Assembly: GCA_030704615.1 (NCBI GenBank)
Contig: CM060732.1
Location: 36,766,001-36,830,000, forward strand
DNA length: 64,000 bases
Reading direction: 5' to 3'
Source: Takakia lepidozioides
Lineage: Eukaryota > Plantae > Bryophyta
Made by a program: the position numbers and the translations under genes. Each line of letters starts with the position of its first letter. Position 1 is the first letter of the stretch. The notes beneath the pieces were generated by a model. That model was given only the letters and a program-made list of their open reading frames with translations, ran no database searches and was not told where the DNA came from. Positions 13,430 to 26,460 of this stretch are shown here, in pieces.

Positions 13430-14055
13430 TTTTTTCGTGGCGGCGCCCGCTGACGGCGCCAGGCCTCGTGGGCCCACGCCAGGCCGCAAGCTCGGCACAC
13501 TTGGCCAGGCGCTACAGCCGCGTGGCCAGTTTCCGCACGCGCGGGCAGGCGCCACGTGGCGCGACACATTTTTTATTTATTTTTTAATAAATGTTTTGGG
13601 GGGGGGGGGGGGTATTTTGGCCGCACTCTCGCGCGTCGCCACGCGGCCAGGCGGTACAGCCCACACGTGCGCGCCCTGGCCTACCACGTTCTGCACGCAC
13701 TGGTAGGCGCCATGTGGCGAAGCGCCAAACATTGGTTTTTTTTTTTTTTTTTTTGGTTGGTGACGGCCGCACGCTCGGCGCGTCGGCATGCGGCCAGGCG
13801 GTACAGCCCGCACGCGCGAGCCTTGGCCTGTCACGTTCCGCCGATAGGCAGGCGCTACGTTGCGAAGGGCCAAACATTGGTTTTTTTTTGTTTTTTTGGG
13901 TGGTGGCGGCGCCTGTTGACACGCCTCACCTCGTGGGCCCACACCAGCGTATGACGCATACCCACTTGTGTATAATGTGGCTGGTGGGGCAAGCGCGAGC
14001 GCGGGCGTTCTGCAGCGCCAGGCCACGGGGCGAGGCGCCATGGATGTTTTTTTTT
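13430..14055. repeat. GC-rich ~145-bp repeats separated by poly-T tracts (about 4 units)
   Basis: GGCCAGGCG(G/C)TACAGCC...GGCGC(C/T)A(C/T)GT occurs at about 13503, 13645 and 13792. GGCGGCGCC...CCTCGTGGGCCCAC occurs at about 13439 and 13905. Each unit is followed by a T-run. Confidence 0.8.
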
Positions 14056-16304
14056 TCTTTTTTCAGATTTCGGTGGAGCGAGCTCGGGAGGTTTCCCTAA
14101 CGGAGCCACCACTTCTCCCCTCCGTAAACTTAGCCGCCACTGCCGCCACTCTCCCAAATTTAAGTGCGTGTTTTTTTTTATGGCTGTTGGTTGAAACCGT
14201 TGGATCTCCAGATCTGCGATGAGATCCAACGAATCGTGGGGTGGCTGCCCTGCGTGGCGTTGTAGCTGTTGGATTTTGAAGATCCAACGGACGCGGGGTG
14301 GGTGGATTTTTTTGTAGCCGTTGAATCTTGACGATCCAACAGCGTACATACCGCACAACAAAGGGGACGAGAAGAGGATGGAGAGGAGCTACAACAGGAT
14401 AACAATATGTGAGAGGGGAGCTACTGTAAAGTGTTGCGAAGGAGAGGGCAGAGCGACAGGGGAGAGCAACGCGGCGGGGGAAGAAAGGGAGCTGGAGGGC
14501 GGGCTGCCTGAGACATATGTGCGCAGGGGAGGACGACGTGCGGGCTCAGAGGTAATTGCATATTCATTTCCTCTCAACTTTGATGTTCTAAGGTGGGATT
14601 TCTGCCCTGAGAGAAAGAGAGAAGGAGGGAGAGGGGAGTAAAGGAGGGAGTCTTGACATTGAATGTTGGTAAACAAAGATGTAAATACACCCTTGACAGA
14701 TTTGATGAGAGCTTCTCTCAGGTGAAAGAACTCATGACACACAAGGGCAATTGCAATTTTCTGTTCCTCTCGGGTCTATTTGATGTTCAAAGGCGCCTTG
14801 AGTATTTTATGGTTTCTTAATGCTGATTTCACGTTTCAAGTTTCTTCTCTATCTCTTTGTCCATGTGCTTTTTAAAATAAGGGTTTCAGAACCTTAGCCC
14901 TGCAATTTAAGCTCCAATAGGCTGAGTAGGGACAGGAGCAACATGAGTTGCATAGAAGCAACACAGGCAACAAATACATTCCAGCAGGGCAGAGATAAAA
15001 TAGAGGTACAAACACAATTCCAAATTGCAACACGTATAATAGATGACTCGTTTTGAATTATCTTGAGTTTGAGTTTGATTTCAATTTTTTTAGTTTGATT
15101 TCCTTGGTCCACCAATTGACAGTTGTCTGCCTTGTTTGCAGGTTAAAGAGAGTGAGTTGGAGCAGATTCATGGCCAGGTATAAATCAATGAACACACCTA
15201 GAGCAAATCAATAGAACATACAATCACACACACTTAGGATTAATTAAAAATGCAGACACACACGCACACACCTAGAGCAAATCACAAACACACACCTAGA
15301 GCGAATCACTCACACACACAAATCTCGAGTAAATTTGGAGTATCTCTCCAATGTAGTTCGACATAATGTTGTCCGATTTTGCAAAGTAGGTCTATTGTAA
15401 TGTCAACATAATGTACAATGTAGGTGGACATCAGGACAACTCTCTTTGTAAACAATCTTGACATTGATGTCGATGTACATTAATGCATGTAGGCATTTCG
15501 GGACCCCAATTTGGGTGTAGATGTTTCGGTCCCTTGTATGGGTGTCATATATTGTCAACCATCTACATGAGCACTTTTGTTATAGCTGTCTGACAAGGAG
15601 AAGGAACCTCGACATGAATGTCAAGGTTTAGAGGCATCATGTATAAATTGAACATCTCTTAGTTTTCTAGTGTACGTAAGTTGGTTGCTGATGAACCTTT
15701 TAAATTTCTTGGACATTAATGTTGAAGTTCAGGACTTTCATATTAGTGCCAGGGAGGGGGAGGTAAGCCTAGACATTAGCTTTTTGTAATAGCATTTGTA
15801 GATTTCACGTTTTTTTTACATAATTTGGATGAACACGTTAGTTGACTGTCCAACGAGGGAATTGGACCTCCACATTAATGTCAACGTTCTCATACAATAA
15901 GATTAGTTTTCTTCACAACTCTACGTGGACTGAAGATTACAATTACCTCAAGTACCGTTAATCAATAGACAATAGATGAAGAACCTCGACATTAATGTCG
16001 ACGTTAAGATTATGATGTAACTCTATAACAATAGAGTTATATTAAGTGCAGCGTAAATCTAACTGCAGTTATTTCAGTAGATGATGAAGCGTCATGTGAG
16101 ATAGGATGAAACGAACTGTCACTGGCTGTCTACTCAGGAAAGGCGATTTAGGAAAACGGTTTTCTGCGAATGGACGTCGACATTTATGTTGAGGTCGAGT
16201 TAATTTAGAACAATTCTTTGGAAAAGTAGGATCAACAAGATTTGAGTTTCACTGAACTGAGGCAGTTCATAGGTGGTTGTGTAGGAGTGATTATTCTGGA
16301 AAGG

Positions 16305-16766
16305 ATGAAGCAATCGAATACTCATCGAGCTTCTACCCAATTCCCGGAACTCCCGAATACGAGCTTCCGGACCTCATTGAACCACCTAAAATAGCCTACT
16401 CATCATCTGGTTCAGAGGCAGTAGACTCGCCTGGATATTATCCGTCCTCCCTCTGAATACTTGCCAACCTCACCACAATACATTCCTTTCTCTAAACGAA
16501 ATATCCAACGGCCCTATGAATACATGCTATTCTACCCTACATATGTTCCAGAAACATACAGTCCAGAAACATATAGTCAAGATACTTACGTTCCACGCAC
16601 GTCATATCCCGAAGAATATGAGCTACCCATAGGCAACGTCTGTGCCGAGATTCTTGGGCTCTCGGGAACTCAAGGTCAAGATAAAAAGAGGAGTCCTCTT
16701 TTGGAACCTATTTGGTTAGGCCGAATCTATTGTGATGAAGACACTGGTCTCTGGACATTTGAGTAA
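16305..16766 (+). pseudogene. Pro/Tyr/Ser-rich ORF with Pol II CTD-like heptads and TY(S/V)P(E/R) pentapeptides
   Basis: With one 1-nt frameshift near 16451 it reads DSPG-YYPSSPE-YLPTSPQ-YIPFSKR...TYVPE-TYSPE-TYSQD-TYVPR. Confidence 0.45.
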
Positions 16767-17045
16767 TGTTGTCTCATTGTTGAGGAATGTGTTGTAAATC
16801 TCAGTTGCTCTCTGATGTGAATAAAAGATGAATATTTACAAAGATTTTTCAATGTGTTTGAGCTTACAAACCTTGTGGGATTTGGTTTGTCCTTTATTGT
16901 ATGTGGAAAAGATAATGTGATTAAATATCATGGTCACATCATAAATATTTTCTAACGTTGACATTAATGTCGAGGTGTTTTCCTGATAAAATATTGGACA
17001 TATGGTTTTTGCAGTTCTCAAGCCTCCGAAGACTGTCAACTCGGA

Positions 17046-18308
17046 ATGTCTGCAGACATTTGTAGGGATTTCTTATTTGTCAGATCCCCGGGATACAAGA
17101 CCGAGCACATAGTTATATACAAACTGAAGAGCAACATAAAAGAATGGGGCATTGAAGTCGCTGGGGAACCTCCAGATCACAAACTCCAGTTTCAGTACAA
17201 TGCGGGAAGCAATGTTACAGAGCTCAAGTACGCATACGTGAAGGGAGTGGAAACCTAGACGAACATGCAGTCTCCAATGCTGGTGATCTTTATTGATGAA
17301 GATGGAAGGGTGCCAAAAACATTCGGGTACGTAGCATCTGAAAATTTTGTCCGCAAGTACCTCATGAAACAATCAATCAAAAAAGGATTCAAGTTCAATG
17401 AAGTCAGCAACATCGGTCAGGATACCACAACATTTATTCGCTCCTGGGGCAGTTTTTAGAATGTATTGTTCGCAGCGGATAATGAAAACGTGGAACAAAG
17501 AACGGAAACACCAGCAAGACGAAGATGTAAGTTTACGGCAGGGTCATCAGTAACGAAACAAGATCAGGAAGGTGTTGGATCATCGTCAAAGAAGCGGAAA
17601 CCAAAGAAATCCATTGATCCAGCCCTTGCTCCCGACGTAAAGAGACCCAAGATAACCGACATTTACGACAAGGATAAGTTAATAGAATTGACAAAAAATC
17701 TAGTAGAATACTACGGAGACATGTTTCCATTCGGTTTTAGTAGAACTTTCAAAATACCGATATCGCGAATGAATCTTGCTCCTAAATATATGGTTTACCG
17801 ACCTTTGAACCTCAAGCACAAAGATGAGGTTAAAACCAAACTCTTGCAGTTCCGACATCTGGATGCCCAACATCCGGTATACCTCACTCCAATTGATCCA
17901 GAGAAGGAGGAGGATGTGTGTGAGAAGATACCAACGAGATCGGTGGAGATCGACGATGCTTCGACGAAATTTTTCATTATCGGAGGGCAACACACGATCG
18001 TGGCTGCCAATGTACTCGTTAACCAGATCTATGTCTCTTGACTCTTCAACAAGTAGATTTGAAATTGGTTTAGAACCTTGACATTCATGTCGACGTTATA
18101 TGCTATGGACGTCTATTAGAATGAAGTAGGATACTGTCGAGTTAATTGAACGTCGACATCAATGTCGACATCAAATGAATTAAATCTTTACAGCATGGAA
18201 CTGTGTCTGTAGGAACTTGTTGAGGATTTGGATACAGACGAGCAGCTCGCAAAGTACTTTGGAAAATGGCTGGCCAGGATTGTGTGGTCAAAAGAGCATT
18301 TGCAACTG
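17046..18308 (+). pseudogene. Multi-exon pseudogene with ParB/sulfiredoxin-like domain
   Basis: ORFs 17046, 17265 and 17466 share one frame, separated only by two TAG stops. They include a basic NLS-like SSKKRKPKK and RPLN...H...V...KFFIIGGQHTIVAA (ParB/Srx-like GxHR-type motif). A further AG/GT-bounded exon at ~18213-18308 reads ELVEDLDTDEQLAKYFGKWLARIVWS. Confidence 0.6.
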
Positions 18309-18612
18309 GTGAATCCTTGCTGATCCAACTGTTTATGCTCTGATTATGTTAAGGTAAATATTATGGAATATGTGGTTAACATGATAAGTATGGCCATGTA
18401 AGCCACAGGGAGTAAGTCCTAGGATTGCGAACGCTCGTATGAACATATTTTTCAGTAATATCATTTTTTTTACTGCTGGGATGCAACTCCAGGTTTTATC
18501 GCTAATGGCAGATTACCTCGACATTAGTGTCGAGGTGAAATTTTATATCTTCAACTGACACTTTATTTTTTGCTAAATCAATCCCTTACTCTGTTCTTCT
18601 ATTCATCCACAG

Positions 18613-19215
18613 ATTCGACCACCACCTATATATTTATCTACGGATAGTGGTAAATCTCGTCTGATTATATTTGATCTGAACGGTGTTCTCTGCAAAATCA
18701 TTCAGTCTCAAGGATCTAATAATTTTGTGCCTAAATACTTTGAGAACGACTTCAGCGTTCCTATTGTGGCCATGAGACGACAGATTTTTAGGCGAGAGAA
18801 ATATCGAGAGGTGTGGAAGCATTTACATTAGCGATTCCACCTAGCTATTTGGAGCTGCATGGAGCTAAAGAACCTCAAGCCCGTCCTTGATATCATGTTG
18901 GAGGGGTTACCACAACCAGAGTTCATTATGTCGCAGGAGGATTGTCTTTCGTGTCATAACAATGTCCATCCAAACTATAATAATAGATTAAAAAACTCCC
19001 CGAATGTGTTTCAGAAGCTACTTGCGGGGCTATGGGCGAAGACGAGAGGAAAGTTCGATGACAAAAATAAGCTTATGACTGATGATACTCTTCTAAAATG
19101 TCTACTCAATCTTGTAGGGTCATGCTTATTCTTGAAGACAATTGAGACCGACAACAGCTACTTGTTGGTGCTTCAAAAGTTTCTCGATGGGATGCTGGAG
19201 AGTCCATTAAATGTC
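18613..19215 (+). pseudogene. FCP1/NIF-like HAD phosphatase domain (degenerate), copy 1
   Basis: After the acceptor CCACAG it reads KSRLIIFDLNGVLCK (HAD motif I-like), then after a frameshift FHLAIWSCM...FIMSQEDC...NKLMTDDTLLKCLLN...CLF. Confidence 0.7.
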
Positions 19216-20780
19216 TCATACTGTTGTTAAGAACCAGACTGGGGTTGGACTTGAGAGCCTTTCTGACCCTAAATATGACAGTCTTAGATCTTTTTTAAAG
19301 TGCTCTTTTATCAACTGTGCGGCTGCCACTGCTTCCAGTTGACCATGTACGGCAGTCTCTAAAGTAATAACCAGCAGCCTGTTGTGGACGATCACTTCCG
19401 ATGTGAGAGAATCAGACACAACCCGCCAATGAGGTGATGTGGTGGGGACCTCTAAACCACAACCATGTGAAACCACAATCATGGCAGAAAGGGTAGTCAC
19501 CAGATTGAAATCATTGGAGGGCAATGCATTGGCAATGCATGTCGCTGTTCTTTGCACCGGCATTGCATGCCACCATGCATATCTGCACAGACTCAGTCCT
19601 CCAAGAGCTTTCCGCTGCAAGAGTGTGCCCGTGCAAGCCAGATCTGCGAAGTGCAGTGTGGGGACACTCTCCACCATGTATTGCATGAAAATAGAATAAA
19701 CATTGGAGTTGGGCACCCAACCTGTGCATGTGTGGTGCCGTGGGGTATGCGGCGGGAGTTTTTTGAGTTGCATCATTTTCTTGGACAAGGTTTGCCATTT
19801 GCCCCACTTGTGATTCAGGCTCCTGTACTCTTTCATGTCCCAGTTGTGCTGTCATTGTTTGGAGTCCACCAAACTCTCCTCTTGACTTTACCAATCTATG
19901 TATTACAGCCCCATACTGGGCCTCGGCAATACCAGTTCTCTCTTGCAGAGCCACCAATTTCTCATGCAGTTCCAAGGCAACACTATCTAGTGAATATTTG
20001 AACAGACAAAAGGAGAGTGCATGGGTGTAGCACCTGAAACATCCGTGATGGGCCCATAACAAAGAAGGAGTGAAGACCTGTTGTTGGGATGTCACCTTGG
20101 TATTACAGCATGTAGCTAGTTGGAGATGGTGTGAGGTGAGGGAAGTTACGGTGATCGAGCTCCAACTCCTCACGCAGGTAGCCTCTGAAGTCAGATTCGT
20201 CGGTTGAAGGTCAGAAGGGCGCTAGAGATAGGGGTGAAGCCTCCGAGCTCGCCAAGGTGCTGTCGTGAGCCAAAAAGTAGGTAGCACTCGGTTCAAGAAG
20301 GCTGAGCGCGCTCTCAGCTGCGCAGGCGTGCAATGTAACCCTGAAGTGTTGTTTGTATGCTTGCCTCCGGGGGCTGCGATAGTCGTGAAGCGGAGGCTGC
20401 AGGGGTGGGGTAGTCCGTAATGAAAATAAGTCACCCCGCATTCGAAGTGATAGCAGTGAAACATAAAGGTTGTGAAACTGCCGACATGCAATCACTTGGA
20501 GGAACCATAAGGGAAGAGAACCCTCATACTTTCAAGATCGCCACTTGGGATAATGAATATGCTGTGCGTGGGGAAGGTAGTAACCTCACCGTTGTGAATA
20601 CAGATCGTCATTGGGTGCTGAAGGGAGAGGCGCCCCGAGGTCTTCCAGGACACACTATAGAGCTCGTTGGCAGCCTAAACTAGACGATGGTAAAGATGTG
20701 TCGCCTTAGGAATATCAATCGAAGCGGGGCTCCAAGCTTGATACAGAGAGGGGGGATGAGAGATATCCCAACTGAGTAGT
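19216..20780 (-). pseudogene. Long degenerate reading frame of unknown function
   Basis: ORFs 20222..20491 and 19511..20173 and the sequence up to ~20780 are in one frame with only three stops. It overlaps ORF 19216..19836. No family was recognised. Confidence 0.3.
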
Positions 20781-21499
20781 TTGGTGTCGTATCACACAGA
20801 GGACTCCAGCGGCTTGAGCATGCAGGCGGGTGGACAGCCGATTGTAAACAGCCATTGAAAACAAGAGGATAAGAAAACAACAAGAGAGAACTATGGAAAG
20901 ATAGCTTAAACGTAGCTTTGAAAAGAAGTTGATCTTTCTGAGCAGGTAGAAGGAAGAAGAGCAGCAAGGCAGTTGCGCGACGAGCTGGAGCTCGCGCCAT
21001 GGCGGCTGCCGTAGCTAGAAGAAAGTAAGGGTTAGAGTAGCGGCATTGCTAAAAATTGAGAAAAATGAGACTACAAGACCGGTAAGATGGCAGGTCCCTA
21101 AATATTAGTCATGATTACGGGATTTAGCTGAGGTTGGTGGTGGGAAAGCGGAGCTCCACCCTCCCGCCTTTTTGCAAGAGTACTACAAAGTCACCAAGTA
21201 ATTTAAAAAAAAAACCGCCAACACTCGTAACGGAAGCAAGAGGATGCGTCGACCTTGTTGGTAGATGTGTTTGATTTAGCTTGCTTTTTTAGGGACATGA
21301 TGTTGTTCATAGTGCTTGTAAGAATCTAAGATGAATGTATGGAACTTTGGAATGCGATGAAAGATTAAACACACGAAGCAAATTGTGATGTAAAATGAGA
21401 AACTCTTTGTATGAAAGTACTACCTGAAAGTCTATAATACACATGAATCAAGATCCTTCATGTGAAAAATATTGTTATGCCACAATGATGATTCATGAG

Positions 21500-22055
21500 C
21501 ACCATGGCTCACTCAAATTGAGTGAGTGAAACTATTACTTCAAGCTACATTTTTTCAATTTCTACCTTTGAGCATACTATGGGGTATCTTAGGTGTGTGA
21601 AATGGTATCACACCATTTTTTTGACATCCTATAACACTATAAGTTTGTGAAGGCTTCTGTAAGGATCCCATTGCACCAACCCTCACTCAAATTTAGTGTG
21701 TTGGTCAATAGTTAGAGTCTCTAATGTGAAGAGGCCTTTGAATTGCAACATATGCTTAATTTAGGGCTGACATCTCAGGTGTGTGGAATTGTATCACACC
21801 ATTTTGTTTGGTATCATATCACACTATAAGAGTGTTAAGGCATGTGTAAGGATGTCATTGCACCAAACCTCACTCAAATTGACTGAGTTGGTCATTACTT
21901 AGAGCCTCTAATGTCAAGAGGCCTTTGAATTACAACATAGGCATTATAATGGGAATATATCTCAGGTGTGTGGAATGGTATCACACCATTATTTTTTGCA
22001 TCCCATCAGACTATTAGTGTGTTAAGACCTGTGTAAGGATGTCAAGGCACCAACA
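21500..22055. repeat. ~186-bp tandem repeat, 3 units
   Basis: CTCACTCAAATT occurs at about 21508, 21682 and 21869. GGTGTGTG(A/G)AAT(G/T)GTATCACACCATT occurs at about 21592, 21777 and 21964. Confidence 0.9.
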
Positions 22056-22729
22056 GGAATTTGTAACAGAGCCACTGGGCTGATTTCGTGGTAGATTTCA
22101 ACGAACGAATTGGGAAGAATGCTACACAGGCGCGAATGAGATCGAAACATGACAGCATGAGGAAGCGATACATGAAAAAATGAGAGGAAGTCGTGAAGAC
22201 TTCTAGAGAAGTGTCATCTGAGTGGCAATTCTATGACAAATGTGACAAATTGTGGGGTTGCACGTCCAAGGCAGTTGGCATTGCAGGGGTCAATGATGGA
22301 GGTGAGAAAATCAAATACCCAAGCCGAATTCTGGATTTGTAGGATTATGAGCATTTTGATTTGAATGAGAAGTGCACAATTGCGACTCCATCCTGGTAGT
22401 CCTCGACATGGAGGGTCTGCAGCAGATCTGGAAGAGGTAGAATGTACCCATCCACTTGCACCCACAGTCACCAATGGAGAGAGTGTGCAACCTTCCTGTA
22501 GATGAGAGATTGAACAAAAAAACGGAAGAGAAGAAATAGTTTGACCCCATCTCGTCATATTGCGGACTCTTTGAACAAGTTTGTGGATACTTACCGAAGT
22601 TTGGAGGATACCAAACTGCAACTGGGACGGGACCACATTGCGTTGGCACTCCGAGCATCAGGCATTGGAAGTGCGTTTGGAAGTCTAGACCAAAAATGTC
22701 ATTGCACAACAAGAGTTGGTCATGTATGA
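22056..22729 (+). pseudogene. Trihelix / Myb-SANT-like DNA-binding protein fragment (could be a PIF/Harbinger ORF1)
   Basis: Reads RNL*QSHWADFVVDFNERIGKNATQARMRSKHDSMRKRYMKK*...SEWQFYDKCDKLWG, followed by coiled-coil-like HIADSLNKFVDTYRSLEDTKLQLG. Several stops. Confidence 0.6.
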
Positions 22730-22936
22730 ACGCCACAATGCTCGTGCAGAGGACTTGAAATTGGAGGTTTTGCGTCCAAAGTTACACTTTGCTTGAAGGA
22801 AAAAAAAAAAAAAAACCCATCTTACTTTTAAGAAAATAAAAAACAAAATTGTTTTCTGGCCTTATACTTTTTCTCAAACCCAATCTCTGTAAAATTCTAT
22901 AAAAGACCCAATTCACATGACTTTTACTTGAGTTAA

Positions 22937-23760
22937 CCCTTAAGTTCCCAAGCCTTTTTTTGACTTTTTACCAATTTTGGGTACCCAGCTGCAGTAAATT
23001 GCCCCTAGAAACCTACCAAAAATCATCCACAGATTCCAACCTTATAGCAATGGGCCCAGCTCATTTATGCATGACATACCAAAATATGAGCCAAGTCCAC
23101 CGTGGAAATTGTGAGATTATAGCGTTGGCCCGGACCTCAAATATCAGGTCCCAAAGAAAAAGTGAGAAAGAAATTGGTTTGACCAAATCAAAACCTAGCT
23201 TTCTCAAATTTTGCTTGCCCCAAGACCCACCATTTCCAAATCAATAGTGGAGTGGCTATGACCCCACTAAATTGCAGGTCCAACTGATTTTTTCACCTAT
23301 GCTTACTTTGCATGCAATTACATGGGGGTTGAAATCTCAAAATTGACAGCAGAAAATGTGCCTCCAAATGAAGTACTTTTTTTTCTACAAATTTTTTAAA
23401 AGCCAACGGTGGATGTGTGTATGTAATGCTCACACACCACAAGGTGAAGTGTTTTTTCCAAAATTGCTAATTTTCTGCCAAAAATGGCCTTTGGAGTGCA
23501 ATCTGTTTTGGGCTTGTTTACCTGCCACGTCAGCGGTCAACAGCCCTTTTCAGGCCCCAAAACGTAAATTAAAGATCTAAGATATTTTTTGTCAGTCGCA
23601 GCTTTTTTTTTTTTTTAGTTTTGTTTTTTGCATCATACTCGAGACAAATCCCTTGTCATTAAAGGTTCAGGAGTGGGCCCCATCAGATTAGATCTGCAAA
23701 AATTAGGTCGACCCTGCAAATTCAAAGTGACCCAATTCAGGTCGCTTGGGAACTTAAGGG
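22937..23760 (+). mobile_element. Non-autonomous TTAA-flanked (piggyBac-like) element, family A copy 1
   Basis: Perfect 17-bp TIRs CCCTTAAGTTCCCAAGC / GCTTGGGAACTTAAGGG. TTAA at 22933-22936 and 23761-23764. A second copy lies at 57240-58061. Confidence 0.9.
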
Positions 23761-26339
23761 TTAACAAAAACCTCTAAGTCAAACCACGTAATTCTTTTCA
23801 AGTGTATGACAAAAATGATGAATGAAATTATGTTGCATTTCACCTTTTTTATAGCTAGCAATCATTAGGAAAACATATTCTGGAATCCGATCAATTTTCA
23901 CATTGAAAAATCCGGAGGATTATTACCTTCACCCGGTCATAACCGTGGGAACGCGGTTGCCCAATTGCCCAAGTCACCGGATAAACATGAAAGTTTTTAG
24001 GTATATCCACATAGGTAATGACCCTATTTTTAATACTTTATAGTTGAGTTTGCTATAATAGATGATATCCAATGTACTGGGTTACAAGGGTGAGGTTGGA
24101 TAGCATGTGAACACCAATGTTGTGCGGGTATCAACATTTTAATATACCAACATGGTAGGTTCTAGAGGGGTGCTTTGTTTTCGAACTCTGGTATCATTCT
24201 AAGTATTGCATAATGACAAATTTACAAATAGTATATTGGTATAAGTATTTCCCATAAATATCTACAATATATGGTATCAATAGTATGGGTTCATTCTTTT
24301 TAATATCAGTGGAATGTCAATACAGGTATCAATACTTTTCACCACCATAAAAAATGCACCAAATTGAACACAGATTTCATTACTGAACCCAATTTTGGGC
24401 AATGCAAGTTGTACCCTATTCAAGAACATAAGTCGGACAAAAAAACGTGGAAACATGAAGGAGAAACTTAGCACTTTGCGGGCCTCAAACTGATCCTATT
24501 TTATACTGAGAAACTTAGTAGGTATGTGTCGTGCCCCTGAAGTACGACAAAAGAAATATCCTACGGATCAGCTGTCACCCCCACTATGTGCCTTTAGTGT
24601 ATGCGGGACCCTACCCAGGATGCACTACCAAATCTCGAGCGATTAGTGCATCTAGTATGAATATTAAGCTTTCATAGCCGCACAATAATGATAACAGCCG
24701 GATACAAAATGGGAGCCCCAAACCGTAATCCATGGTATTCGACCTACCAACTACTCGACTGGTAGGTTCTCAAAGAACCTGCTGATACCTACTATTGATC
24801 CCGGGGAAGACTCGCAATACCAGTACAATACTAGTGAACACCTCATGTGAGCATAAAAAAATATTCCACATACGCTAGGAGTTACCATAATATATACCCC
24901 AAGTCATTAAAAAAAAAAATATCAACAGAAAGGGGGACAAAATCAACCAAAATGCACACGGGCAATCTCTGACATGACAATAAGCCAGTTTTTGGCATGT
25001 CAAATCTTCCCCACCCTCTCTTTGAGTAACATGGAACTGAAGGGAGTGTAACTCCACTTAAAGTTACACATGGTTACATGAGATGGAATGTAAACTCCAC
25101 ACATGGTTACACGCAGGCTGGGAGTATATTTCCACTTGGGATTACAGTGGATCATAGAGAACTTAGAAGGGAGTGTCTTTGTAGGCCGTTTCACGGTTAA
25201 CATGAGAGTCCTATTGATCATGTGGAACAGATGCAGTCGTGCCAAGCATTCATCATGGATTTCTCCATGAGATGGAGGATGCATTGTGTTAGGCTTGCTT
25301 GTAACTATAACCCAGACCCGGACCCACTAGGTGGAGGTTGAGCACGAGGGCATATTGTACAAATTCCCCCGATATTCAGAGAATATTATTCTAAATTTGC
25401 GAAACTATTTCCACCGGTTCACATGAGTACTAGTTAAAACATATTAAGAATAAGTAACCCCTATACATGATAAACATGTTACCCTATAGGCGTTGATTTT
25501 CCTCACGTTGTGCTCACACTATACCATACCCTTTTCATAATAGGCACGAGAGTGGGCGGTGAGACTTCAGGTCACATTTGAGGTCCTCATGACCCACGGA
25601 TAATTTCGCAAAGCGAAACTCTGACCCCTGAAATTACTTTTACAATTTGAGATTTCTCGGAGAGAAACTGAAAAAATATAGGGTTTATGCTCCAAATATC
25701 CGGAGAGATATCCATTGAATATGCCATAGAATATATCGGAACATATTTCCTAAACCCTATTCTCTCTCATGATACTCAATATAAATATCAAAACATGTAT
25801 ATATTATGCTAAGACTACCCAGATATTCGGTAATGAAAGCCTAATTTTGGATGTGGGATTGTTGGGTGTTGGATTTTTGTATAAAAAGTTTGGATTTAAT
25901 CTATATCACTAAGGGTTTCTCGATGCGAAACTCGTTGCCGCCGCTGCTGTAGGTGTAGGGTTGCTGGCTATACTACTCAAGATTTCGCCTCGTGAAACCC
26001 TGGTTGAATTAGAGTTTATATATGGTGTCGTTTGTTTTTCGTTGAAGGTGAATCATAAAAATAATTTAACATTAAAATGATTCTTTGAGTATTTACTATA
26101 TTATTTTGGTTTGCAAGTGATATTTTGGAGTGAATTCAATGTTTATAAATGTATCGATAGGCGAGGTAGTTTATCCAATTGGTGCATTTGTTCCATATAA
26201 ACGCACTAGTCCTCTATACCCGCTTATGGTTTGTTTTTCATTTTGAAAACATATAACTCATATGACTGAGGTTAGAAAACATAAAACCCCCATGAGCGTG
26301 GGTTGTGCTCACGTCGTGCTCACACGATACCAACACCCC

Positions 26340-26460
26340 CACTATAGGAAAAAAAAGGGGGTTTTCGACGTCGCAGCCATGCCGCGGTGTCGCAAAATAG
26401 CCCTTTTCGGGCAGGGGGAAGGGGCCAGTTTTGCGACGCCGGGGAGTTGCAACCTCCACA
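26340..26460 (+). mobile_element. Orphan CACTA (En/Spm) terminus
   Basis: CACTATAGGAAAAAAAAG is followed by typical subterminal motifs in both orientations (TTTTCGACGTCGCA, GTCGCAAAA, TTTTGCGACG). No matching far end was found. Confidence 0.55.

Noticed and set aside
13328-14742. Many overlapping 70-170 aa ORFs
   Set aside because: They are by-products of GC-rich repeats and T/G homopolymers, with no domain signal.
23765-26335. Possible LTR-like region sharing TGTGCTCA(C/T)/CATGTGAG words with 56700-56800
   Set aside because: No alignable block, termini, PBS or PPT could be established by eye.
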